60,103 bases of DNA, filler included, from 8 parts of 8 records of this genome joined end to end with filler, not necessarily neighbours in it; one strand, 5' to 3'. Positions 1 through 8,761 are shown, counted from the first letter of the whole stretch. The notes: generated by a model from the sequence alone, not told the origin. Made by a program: numbers and translations.

Positions 1-4
1 AAAA

Positions 5-82
5 GTTCATCGACGGTGATAGAATCCGTGAAGTATGAAATGGATCCATGAGCCGTAGCAGGGTTTATCGTGCTAGATGAAC
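5..82 (+). repeat. Structured repeat element, copy 1 (P1 GTTCATC/GATGAAC enclosing ACGG/CCGT and TAGCA-N10-TGCTA hairpins)
   Basis: Base pairing read directly from the sequence; 54-82 matches 4510-4538 at 26/29 nt. Confidence 0.7.
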
Positions 83-109
83 AAAAATGTAAAAAAATTG
101 TACAATTAT

Positions 110-154
110 TTGACATGGAAAAAAACAGGCAATATACTGTAAAATAATACAGTA
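110..154 (+). promoter_or_regulatory. Sigma70/SigA promoter TTGACA-17-TATACT overlapped by palindrome TACTGT-N8-ACAGTA
   Basis: TTGACA 110-115, TATACT 133-138, palindrome 135-154; RBS AAGGAGG upstream of ATG 178. Confidence 0.75.
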
Positions 155-177
155 ATTTTAAAAAGGAGGGGTTTTTG

Positions 178-761
178 ATGAAATACGGATATGCTAGGGT
201 AAGCACACCTAAGCAATCTATGTTAAGGCAGATAGGAAGATTAAAAAAGCAGGTGCGGAAATTATAATAGAAGAAGTAGCATCATCAGCTAAGGATAGAA
301 AAAGATTAGAACAACTGTTATATGATATGGAAAAAGGTGATGTACTGATAATTGACAGGATAAGCCGCATGAGTAGAAGCATACAAGATGCAGTAAAAAA
401 GTTTCAGTTACTTCAAGGAAAAGGAGTAGATTTAATATGCTTGGATGGTGGTAAAGTTGATACAACATCAGCGCAAGGAAAATTGTTTTGGCACACTATG
501 GTATTATTCGCAGAGTTTGAACGAGATATGGCGAGTGCTAGGAGCGAAGAAGGACTAAGAGCCAGAAAGGATGCAGGAGTAAAGCTAGGGAGAAGTGAAA
601 TAAATCCAAAGGAAAAAAATGAAATAATTAGACTACACTTAAAGGGATATTCGCCCAAAAGAATAGCGGAAATAACTCATTTAAGTAGACCAACAATATA
701 TAAGTATATAAAAATATACGAAGATAAACAAAAGAAAGGTACTAGCAATGAGAAAAAGTAA
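178..761 (+). CDS. Serine resolvase/invertase (Tn3/Hin family) with a -1 frameshift at 243-249
   Basis: ATG 178 gives MKYGYARVSTPKQ (catalytic YARVS). The -1 frame continues AGAEIIIEEVASS into the ORF with DRISRMSRS, AEFER, GVKLGR and a C-terminal HTH (LSRPTIYKY). Confidence 0.9.
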
Positions 762-2751
762 AGCAAAAACATTTGGGATGATTAGCTTGTTTGTATTAGG
801 AGTGATAGCAATAACATTTCTTTTTACCGTATTAATGCAAATGAAAAGTGGAATATCGCCAAGTGAAACGGATTTTACATTTTCAGTAATGAAAATTTAT
901 AGGGATATACGACACTCATTTGAAGTAGACGAAACAAATAGAACTGTATATATAGGATTTATCCTTGGATATGGAATATTGATTTTTGTATTATTCACTA
1001 ATCATAATTTAGACTTAAACAGATATAATAAATCAACAGGTAAATTTGGTCCTCAGCGAGTGGAAAATGGTGACCACGGAAATGCAAGGTTGTTGCAGGG
1101 AGGAAGAAGTATAAGCAGTGTATTGCATTTGTGGATAACGAGCAATAGACCAAAGAACGTTGGTTTAGTGTATGGAATGCATAAAACTTTATTTGGAAAA
1201 GAAAAGATATGGACAGTGGGGGATGATATTCATAATCTGGTAATTGGTGCTACACGTTCTGGTAAATCAAGAAAATTGATACTACCAACAATTTGGGCGA
1301 AAGGTCAAACAGGCGAAAGCATGGTAATTACTGACCCAAAAGGAGAGTTGAAAATATATACAGCGGATTATCTTAAAAGCAAAGGCTATGAAATAGTTTT
1401 ATTGAATTTGAGAGATACAAACATATCAAATACTTTTAATCCGATGGAGAGAGTTAATATACAAGTGAGAAAGCATGATGCGATTAAAGCAAAGGGTGAT
1501 GTCGAAAATTATGATAAAGCCACTGACCATATGGCAAGAGCAATGAAACACGCAGATGAAGTAGCACACGCTTTAGTTGTGCAAGAAATGAAAGGCTCAA
1601 AGCCTAACGATTCATTTTGGGTAGATATGGCAAAGGCTGTTATAGCATCAGTGATATTGTATGTAGCAATCGAAGCACCAAATGAGAAAGTTAAAAATCT
1701 AAGAACAGTAAGATATATAATAGGTGAATATGGTGCACCGGATGAAGATGACCATATTAAGCTATATGCAATGATGCAGAACTTACCAGATGACCATCCT
1801 GCAAAAATGGTTTGGATAACAGTGAATTTAGCAGAGGGCAGAACAAGAGTTGGTATATTTTCGCAGGCAATGAAAATATTGCAGATATTTGCATATCCTA
1901 ATGTATCAAAGGTAACATGTATTCAAGACCATAACCTTGATGATATTGTAAAGAAACCGACAGCAGTATTTTTAGTTGTGCCAGATGAAAGTCCTATATA
2001 CAATGTTCTTGCAACTTTGTATGTAGACCAGTTATACCAAAACACTGTAGAACTTGCAAATCAAACAGGTAATAGAGCTGAGAGAAATGTAAATTTTCTG
2101 TTAGATGAATTTGGTAATATGCCAAAGATACCAGACTTTGAAAAGAAATTGACTATTGCAGGCGGACGTGGTTTACTATTTTCTTTGTTAGTGCAGGATA
2201 TACAACAAATCGAGGCTATCTATGGTAAAGGTCAGAATACTATAATGGGTAACTGTCATACTTGGGTATATTTAAAATCAGCTGATGTTAAAACAGCAGA
2301 TACAATATCAAAAAAATTAGGTAACTACACAATTCTAAAAGAAAATCAAGGTAGTAGTATGTCTGGAGCAATGATGCTTAAAACACAATCAACAAGTTCT
2401 GTTAATTATACAACAGCCGCAAAAAAAATATTGGACGTAGAACAAGTGTTAAGATGGGATGTTGATGCAGACGGAGTATTAGTAATGCAAATAGGTAAGT
2501 ACTCTTGTGTTGTACCTGCACCAGATTTATCTAAATACCAAGCAAATAAGGATTTTGGATTAGGTGATATAAATCATAATATAAGAACAATAATGGAGAG
2601 AACAGCAAGAGAATCCATGAATAAAAAAAATAATGTTATTACTGAATTATGGGATGGTGGAATGGGTGAACAGATAATTGATTATAATTACGATGATTAT
2701 GATTTGGAATTTAAGGTAGATATAAGAGATGCAGTTGATAGATTTTACTAA
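748..2751 (+). CDS. virD4: Type IV secretion coupling protein (VirD4/TraG family)
   Basis: Two N-terminal TM segments, Walker A GATRSGKS, ITDPKGEL, FLLDEFGN, QDIQQIEAIYG. Confidence 0.93.
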   Translation: MRKSKAKTFGMISLFVLGVIAITFLFTVLMQMKSGISPSETDFTFSVMKIYRDIRHSFEVDETNRTVYIGFILGYGILIFVLFTNHNLDLNRYNKSTGKFGPQRVENGDHGNARLLQGGRSISSVLHLWITSNRPKNVGLVYGMHKTLFGKEKIWTVGDDIHNLVIGATRSGKSRKLILPTIWAKGQTGESMVITDPKGELKIYTADYLKSKGYEIVLLNLRDTNISNTFNPMERVNIQVRKHDAIKAKGDVENYDKATDHMARAMKHADEVAHALVVQEMKGSKPNDSFWVDMAKAVIASVILYVAIEAPNEKVKNLRTVRYIIGEYGAPDEDDHIKLYAMMQNLPDDHPAKMVWITVNLAEGRTRVGIFSQAMKILQIFAYPNVSKVTCIQDHNLDDIVKKPTAVFLVVPDESPIYNVLATLYVDQLYQNTVELANQTGNRAERNVNFLLDEFGNMPKIPDFEKKLTIAGGRGLLFSLLVQDIQQIEAIYGKGQNTIMGNCHTWVYLKSADVKTADTISKKLGNYTILKENQGSSMSGAMMLKTQSTSSVNYTTAAKKILDVEQVLRWDVDADGVLVMQIGKYSCVVPAPDLSKYQANKDFGLGDINHNIRTIMERTARESMNKKNNVITELWDGGMGEQIIDYNYDDYDLEFKVDIRDAVDRFY

Positions 2752-3050
2752 GATTGTGATTTTAAATAGTTATTAAACAAATCATTGTTTTTAAGTTTTA
2801 GGGGAATTTTATATTCCCCTTTAGTTTTGTCATATTTAATATGTATTATTACAGCTGATATTGGACAATTCAAAATATTGCAAATATCATCTAATAGGTG
2901 AATTGGTATTCTTTTTAGAGTATTATTGCACAAAGCGTTAATAGAGGCATAGCGAACTGGCTCGGCTGAATTTTCGTTAATCATCATCCAAAGTTTCTTT
3001 TGCGAATAGCCTTTTTTTTGTAGTTCGTTTTTAAGCGTGCAATACATCAT
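2748..3050 (-). CDS. Xre/Cro-C1 family HTH regulator
   Basis: LKNELQKKGYSQKKLW...YASINALCNN...LDDICNILNCPISAVI; likely start ATG 3050. Confidence 0.8.
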   Translation of the reverse strand: MMYCTLKNELQKKGYSQKKLWMMINENSAEPVRYASINALCNNTLKRIPIHLLDDICNILNCPISAVIIHIKYDKTKGEYKIPLKLKNNDLFNNYLKSQS

Positions 3051-3057
3051 GTATAAA

Positions 3058-3086
3058 ATAATAGCGTAAATGATAACAAAAGTCAA
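3058..3086 (-). promoter_or_regulatory. Promoter TTGACT-17-TATTAT, 7 nt before the repressor ATG
   Basis: Minus strand reads ttgact tttgttatcatttacgc tattat tttatac ATG. Confidence 0.6.
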
Positions 3087-3234
3087 AACCAAAAATACGT
3101 TTAAACAGTAAAAATATGAGATATTCTAAAAGATTGTTGGTTTATAAAATATTTAACATTTTTATATACAAATATGATATATTGTGATATAGTAAAAAAG
3201 AACGTTTAACGTAATTTTTGCAAGGAGATATATA

Positions 3235-3537
3235 ATGATATTATCAAACTTAACTAGCATTTTAAACAAGGTATATTTAAGCGTCGTGATGCTTGCAGTA
3301 GAAGAACCAGAATTTGTAGGTAAATTAGTACAAATGATGGAAGATTCGAGAGGTTATATAATGACTATCGGCGGCTCTGCGCTGGGTACAGCAACGGCAG
3401 TAATAGGAATATACATGGGATTTCAAAGAGATCCACAAAAGAAACAGGGCGCAAGAGGATGGTTTATTGGGTGTTTGATTGGGGCTGTAGCATCACTTAT
3501 AGGACCAGACTTAATAATATGGCTTATGAGTTATTAA
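3235..3537 (+). CDS. TrbC/VirB2-like pilin-type small membrane protein
   Basis: Two hydrophobic helices separated by a basic loop (RDPQKKQGARGW); first gene of the T4SS cluster; RBS AAGGAG. Confidence 0.7.
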   Translation: MILSNLTSILNKVYLSVVMLAVEEPEFVGKLVQMMEDSRGYIMTIGGSALGTATAVIGIYMGFQRDPQKKQGARGWFIGCLIGAVASLIGPDLIIWLMSY

Positions 3538-3551
3538 GGTAGTATTAGAGA

Positions 3552-4469
3552 ATGAAATTTGATTGGATAAGTGATATTGTAAATTCAGTCCTTCAATGGA
3601 TATTTAATGCCGTAGTGGATTTTATAATGCCTTTTTTGGAGGTTACTTGCAGTCTTAATACAGAAATATGGGAAATTGCTTTAATAGAAGATGGATTGCG
3701 ATATTCACAAATATTAGCAACATCAATATTAACAGCAAAAGTATTATATGAATTGTTTATGACCTATGTTGTAAGAAAGGGCGAAGACCCTGCAGGTGAC
3801 CCTATGCATAAAGTAATGAGTGCGGCATTTGCTACATTTGTAATATGGATAATACCAGAGTTGGTAGAGTTTATGGCGAACTTTGGAAACAGCATTGTAA
3901 GAGATATAGGAATAATAAATTCTGATACATTTGACAAATTTGACAATATTAGAAGTAACAGTTTAATACAAGATGCAATTTCAACAGCTTGGAATGGAAT
4001 AATTGATACAGGCGGTATCATGGGTATACTTTTCTCATTAGTTATGATAATTGTATTGCTCGTAGCATATTGTATAATTTCGTTCCAGTTAATAAAGCGT
4101 TCTGTTGAACTAATGTTATTTGCATTAATCGGTCCGTTTTTTGCTCTTTCATTGACCAAGGATGATTTTGGTCCTATGAAAGAGTGGGGTAAAAAACTGA
4201 TTTTATTATGTACTTCCCATGCAGTACAAATATTTCTTTTCCGATTATCATTGCAAATGTTATTTGGTGGAGCAAACGGATATAATCAGTATTTTGCAGG
4301 CACATTATCATCACTAGCGTTATATTTGTTTATAATGGCAGTTGCAATTTTCGCTATAAATGTACAAGGGTTTATAGGAAAATTATTAGATGCGGCTAGT
4401 CCGACTGGAAGTTTCACACAGAAAGCTTTTACAGCCGCACAAATAAGCAGAATGATGAAAAGAAATTAA
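3552..4469 (+). CDS. VirB6/TrbL-like polytopic T4SS membrane protein
   Basis: Multiple TM helices; RSVELMLFALIGPFFALS...WGKKL pattern; T4SS context. Confidence 0.8.
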   Translation: MKFDWISDIVNSVLQWIFNAVVDFIMPFLEVTCSLNTEIWEIALIEDGLRYSQILATSILTAKVLYELFMTYVVRKGEDPAGDPMHKVMSAAFATFVIWIIPELVEFMANFGNSIVRDIGIINSDTFDKFDNIRSNSLIQDAISTAWNGIIDTGGIMGILFSLVMIIVLLVAYCIISFQLIKRSVELMLFALIGPFFALSLTKDDFGPMKEWGKKLILLCTSHAVQIFLFRLSLQMLFGGANGYNQYFAGTLSSLALYLFIMAVAIFAINVQGFIGKLLDAASPTGSFTQKAFTAAQISRMMKRN

Positions 4470-4475
4470 TGATAA

Positions 4476-4540
4476 GAGTTTGTCATCGGTTAGCATCTGA
4501 TAAGCAAATCGTAGCAGAATTTATCCTGCTAGATGAACTC
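4476..4540 (+). repeat. Structured repeat element, copy 2 (three-way junction)
   Basis: GAGTTTGTC/GATGAACTC, ATCGG/CTGAT and TAGCAG/CTGCTA stems. Confidence 0.7.
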
Positions 4541-4554
4541 GTAAAGGAGTATAT

Positions 4555-4785
4555 ATGAACAACGCAACACCAAGTTTTATAGCAAACTTTGATTCACCTT
4601 TAAAGATATTATTAGGAACAGGATTAGCGATGGTACTTGTATGGAACTCAATTAAGTTAGGTATTAATTGGAACACAAATGAAAAACCCAAAATAGCAAG
4701 ACAAATATTCGCAATAATCATGGCGGCAATTGCGGCAGTCATAACACCAGATGTGGTTGACTGGGTTGAGAGGATTATGCGATGA
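4555..4785 (+). CDS. Second VirB2-like small two-TM protein
   Basis: Two hydrophobic helices and a basic loop; ends ITPDVVDW, resembling IGPDLIIW of 3235-3537; RBS AAGGAG. Confidence 0.6.
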   Translation: MNNATPSFIANFDSPLKILLGTGLAMVLVWNSIKLGINWNTNEKPKIARQIFAIIMAAIAAVITPDVVDWVERIMR

Positions 4786-5264
4786 ATAGTGAATATATGT
4801 ATATATGTCCAGTGGATGTTTCAACGAGGACAGAAATATTTAAGGGGTTTGGGTTAAGAGAAATGAAAAGGTTAGCTATAGTAGCCTTTGTGTTCTTAAT
4901 TCCATATTGGTTATTAGGTATTCCAAAGACAGTAAAATATGAGGAAGTTCCTGTAGATAGTCAGCAAATAGAAATGACTTATGATGAAAACGGTGAAAAC
5001 TTAGATATTGAAAAAGAACTAAACAGTGAAATAGAACAAGAAGAACTTTTAAATTCTGATGAAGTGCCAACAGAGGAAGTAGCTGTAACAGTGGATTTAA
5101 TACCTGCAAATCAGAGGATAATGCTTGTGATAATACCTGTTGTAATAACTGTTTTATTATCATTACCATTGATGGGTAGAGTAAGCGGATTCACATACAT
5201 AGGATATATAATCAAATTTAAAAGGATGCGGAAAAGATATTATTTTGAAAGGATTAAATATTAA
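4782..5264 (+). CDS. PrgI/VirB3-like membrane protein
   Basis: YICPVDVSTRTEIFKGFGLREM N-terminus, two TMs, basic C-terminus; directly upstream of virB4. Confidence 0.7.
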   Translation: MNSEYMYICPVDVSTRTEIFKGFGLREMKRLAIVAFVFLIPYWLLGIPKTVKYEEVPVDSQQIEMTYDENGENLDIEKELNSEIEQEELLNSDEVPTEEVAVTVDLIPANQRIMLVIIPVVITVLLSLPLMGRVSGFTYIGYIIKFKRMRKRYYFERIKY

Positions 5265-5267
5265 ACT

Positions 5268-7796
5268 ATGCAAGAATTATTAGGATTTGGAAAAAAACAA
5301 AACTATACCATTGAGAAAAATACAGCAGACCTAACTGGAATTAGAGATATTTTTGATGGGATTGTATATAAAACGGATAAAAGTCTTCAAACAATAATAT
5401 CTGTATCACCGATAAATATGTCACTAATGACCGACAAGGATATGGATGCTTTAGGTGCTAACTTAACAGCATCTTGGAATAGAGAAGAAAAAGGCTTTGA
5501 AATATTTTCTATAGGTAGAAGTGTAGACCTAGACGAGTATATAAAAGGAATGCAAGGCATGATTGATATAGGCGAATTATCAAAGCCTAAAAAAGACCTG
5601 TTGCAGGACTTGATAAATAATGCAAACAACTTAGCATTGAGGGGAGATATTAATTCTCGGCTATATTATATAATTTTAATTCAAGAGGGAATGGGGGATA
5701 AATCAATAGATTTATTAAAAACTCGAACAGATGATTTTGTAAGAGCATTGAAACAGTTTGGAGTTGATGCAGAGCAATTAATTGACGATGAAATAACTAG
5801 ATTATTTATGCTCTTTGCAGATGATTTTGTTTCAACTCAACTTCCTTCAGATAAAGAACGCTTAGGTATACCGATGATTGACCAAAGTTCATTAGAGTAT
5901 AATCCGGAAAAAGCATATAGAGATGAAAACAAAACTAAAATAGTGTCAACAAATAAGAAAAAGAAGAAACCAGAAGTGGTAAAAGTTGATGCAGAAAATG
6001 AAAAGCGAAACGGCAGAATATTGAATATGATAGCCGCAGATGGTATTGAATTTGGCGAAGTCAATTTCATTATGGGTAATAAAAGATGCCAAGTTATCAC
6101 AATAGAAAGTTATCCTACTAGTGTTCCTATAGGGTGGTTAACAAATATTACTACACTCCAAAACACAATTACTAAAATAAATATTAAAGTTACACATCCA
6201 GACACAATGATAAATGGATTGAATAGGTCGGTATCTGAATTTATGGTTCGTGCCGAAAGAAGTAACAATCAACTTGATAAAATGTTGAATGAAAAAGGTG
6301 TTGAGGATGCACAGGAACTCTTAAAACGGATTAGCTTACAAAATGAAAAAGTTACTTATGTAACTATCACAATATTAATAAAAGCTGACACAGAAGAAGA
6401 TTTAGTTATTGAAAGAAAAAGGATTGAAAGCCTGTTAGCGGCAAAGAGTATCAGACCGAAAGAACTAACATTTAGACAAAAAGATGCTTTTCACTCAGTC
6501 GCTCCATATGGTAGATTATCAGAAGATTTACTTGAACATTATGGCAAAAACTTGCCAATGTCCACTATTGGAGCATCATTACCGTTTTCAGACGCAGGAA
6601 TTAATGATATTACAGGCACATTCTTAGGTAAGGATGCGGCAGGTGGTATCGTCCTTATTGACATGTGGAAAAGAACAAAAAAAGTAAAAGACAGAAACAA
6701 TCGAAATTGGTTGGTACTTGGTCAGCCCGGCACAGGCAAATCTACGACTATTAAAATGATTGCTATGCAAGAATGTGCTAAAGGTGCTACGGTGCTTGTC
6801 CTAGACCCAGAGAAAGAGTACCTAGACATATGTAATTATTTTAACGGTCAAGTTATTAATCCAATGACAGCAGAGGGACGTATAAATCCTTTTGAAATAA
6901 AGGACGATTTAGAGTATTTTGAGGAAGATTTGGCTAAAAAAGGCGAAAATGCCGAGCAAAGAAGTCATTTAGCTACTCAAATGCGTAGTTTAAGGACGTT
7001 TTTCAAGCTATACATGGACTTAAACGAAGAAGAAATCTCTTATTTAGAAGAAATTATCGAAAATGTTTATGAAAAATGCGGTATAACATGGGATACAGAC
7101 GTTAAAAAGGTGCGAAAAGAGCAATATCCAGTGATGATTGACCTGTATAACGAGATAAAAGACCGTATAAAAGCCGAACCAGATAACAAAAAACTCGAAA
7201 AATTAAGAGTTTTAGTGAGAAAAGCGGCTAAAGGTGCAGATAAAGAAATGTTCAACGGTCATACAAACGGTAGACTAGAGGCAGATTTTATTGATATAAA
7301 CCTTTCTGACCTGCACGAGGCAGATGCATCCATTAAGAGAACACAGTATTATAATGTACTGTCTTGGTGTTGGTTGCAAGTCCAAAAGGCAAGAGAAAAA
7401 GGAAAGAAAATTTTCTTATTAGTAGACGAGGCTTATTTGCTTGTGGATAAAGATAATCCAGAGGCATTAAAGTTTTTAATGGCGGTATCAAAGCGTATAC
7501 GTAAATATGGTGGTGGTTTAATGGTTATATCCCATAGTGCCGTAGACTTCTTAGAAGTTGGTAGAGAGGGTAGAGCGTTATTATCAAATCCTACATATAA
7601 GGTAATAATGGGGCAAGACGGACAAGACTTAATAGACCTAAAAACATTTTTTAAGCTGACAGGAGCGGAAGAAACATTAATAGAAAATAAAGCACAGGGT
7701 GAGGCAGTATTTATGTGTGGTAGCAAAAGAGTACACCTTAAAGTGCTACCAACACCGTATATGCTTGATGTTATGGGAACGGCAGGGGGAAAATAG
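5268..7796 (+). CDS. virB4: VirB4/TraE-like conjugation ATPase
   Basis: Walker A GQPGTGKS, VLDPEKEY, INPFEI, Walker B LLVDEAY, KRIRKYGG. Confidence 0.93.
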   Translation: MQELLGFGKKQNYTIEKNTADLTGIRDIFDGIVYKTDKSLQTIISVSPINMSLMTDKDMDALGANLTASWNREEKGFEIFSIGRSVDLDEYIKGMQGMIDIGELSKPKKDLLQDLINNANNLALRGDINSRLYYIILIQEGMGDKSIDLLKTRTDDFVRALKQFGVDAEQLIDDEITRLFMLFADDFVSTQLPSDKERLGIPMIDQSSLEYNPEKAYRDENKTKIVSTNKKKKKPEVVKVDAENEKRNGRILNMIAADGIEFGEVNFIMGNKRCQVITIESYPTSVPIGWLTNITTLQNTITKINIKVTHPDTMINGLNRSVSEFMVRAERSNNQLDKMLNEKGVEDAQELLKRISLQNEKVTYVTITILIKADTEEDLVIERKRIESLLAAKSIRPKELTFRQKDAFHSVAPYGRLSEDLLEHYGKNLPMSTIGASLPFSDAGINDITGTFLGKDAAGGIVLIDMWKRTKKVKDRNNRNWLVLGQPGTGKSTTIKMIAMQECAKGATVLVLDPEKEYLDICNYFNGQVINPMTAEGRINPFEIKDDLEYFEEDLAKKGENAEQRSHLATQMRSLRTFFKLYMDLNEEEISYLEEIIENVYEKCGITWDTDVKKVRKEQYPVMIDLYNEIKDRIKAEPDNKKLEKLRVLVRKAAKGADKEMFNGHTNGRLEADFIDINLSDLHEADASIKRTQYYNVLSWCWLQVQKAREKGKKIFLLVDEAYLLVDKDNPEALKFLMAVSKRIRKYGGGLMVISHSAVDFLEVGREGRALLSNPTYKVIMGQDGQDLIDLKTFFKLTGAEETLIENKAQGEAVFMCGSKRVHLKVLPTPYMLDVMGTAGGK

Positions 7797-7936
7797 TTTC
7801 AATGCTTATTACTTAATAAAATGGTGTTTGTCGTCATGGTTTGATTAATAAGAAAAGTAATTATAATGGATTCAGCACCTTGTCAACTTGTTTGGCCGAC
7901 AGCTGCGGATTCCATTAGATAAATAAAGGAGAGAAC

Positions 7937-8518
7937 ATGAATAAATTTGAGTTTGAAAAAAACAACGAGTATATTAATGGTGCTTTATCAAGTTTGGATA
8001 ATACGAAGAAAATGCTAACATATATAAAAAATGAACAGTATGTAGAATTTTTAAAGCATTACAAAATTAATGATACTGACTATGAAGTATTTCATAGTGC
8101 ATACTTTTCTAGTAATGGTATTAATGATTCTTATTATGAATTACCGTATACGTTGTTGAATATACTTCTTGCAAATATTAATATAGAATTACCTGTTTTT
8201 TACAACGAAGATAAAATAATAGCATCCTATCAAGGAATAAAGCTTGCTACGCTTAATATAAAGTCAAGGAAATATATAATCAATAACTATTCTTTGAAAA
8301 CAATTTCCGATAAGTTAAGTAAAGTTAATACACTTCTCGAAGATATTAAACATAAAGTATATTCTCGAAGATATGACAAAACAGTAGCAAAATACTTAGC
8401 TAACATACCATATTATTTCGATGAAATAAAACTTCCTGTAAAAGAATTTAATGCAAAGATTGAAGAATTAAAAGCTATATACAATAAAATTGGATACGAG
8501 GAAGTTACAGAACTGTAG
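7937..8518 (+). CDS. Hypothetical protein
   Basis: 193-aa ORF with strong RBS AAGGAG; no recognised motif. Confidence 0.7.
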   Translation: MNKFEFEKNNEYINGALSSLDNTKKMLTYIKNEQYVEFLKHYKINDTDYEVFHSAYFSSNGINDSYYELPYTLLNILLANINIELPVFYNEDKIIASYQGIKLATLNIKSRKYIINNYSLKTISDKLSKVNTLLEDIKHKVYSRRYDKTVAKYLANIPYYFDEIKLPVKEFNAKIEELKAIYNKIGYEEVTEL

Positions 8519-8594
8519 AAATGGAATTAATAACAATTGAGTGTGCCAGCACAATTTATTTGCCGGCACAGGAATGATTAAGTTATCGAATAGT

Positions 8595-8694
8595 NNNNNN
8601 NNNNNNNNNNNNNNNNNNNNNNNNNNNNNNNNNNNNNNTTAATTAATTAANNNNNNNNNNNNNNNNNNNNNNNNNNNNNNNNNNNNNNNNNNNN
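8595..8694. other. Artificial contig spacer (also at 14046-14145, 23926-24025, 29860-29959, 37448-37547, 44605-44704, 52175-52274)
   Basis: N runs flanking TTAATTAATTAA (stops in all frames); composition changes across spacers. Confidence 0.98.
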
Positions 8695-8731
8695 GGGGCA
8701 TTTTCAATATAGGAACTGCATGCGACACCAT

Positions 8732-8761
8732 GTCATTCCGCATGTTCGTAGCGGGAATCCA
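8732..8761 (+). repeat. REP-like palindrome of the GTCATTCC(C)GC...GCGGGAATCCA type
   Basis: gtcattccgcatgttcgtagcgggaatcca resembles this widespread short palindromic repeat class. Confidence 0.5.

Noticed and set aside
4476-4540. Hammerhead ribozyme, purine riboswitch or integron attC identity for the three-way junction
   Set aside because: CTGATAA is not CUGANGA and there is no GAAA core; purine-riboswitch junction residues are absent; GTT...AAC order is the reverse of attC
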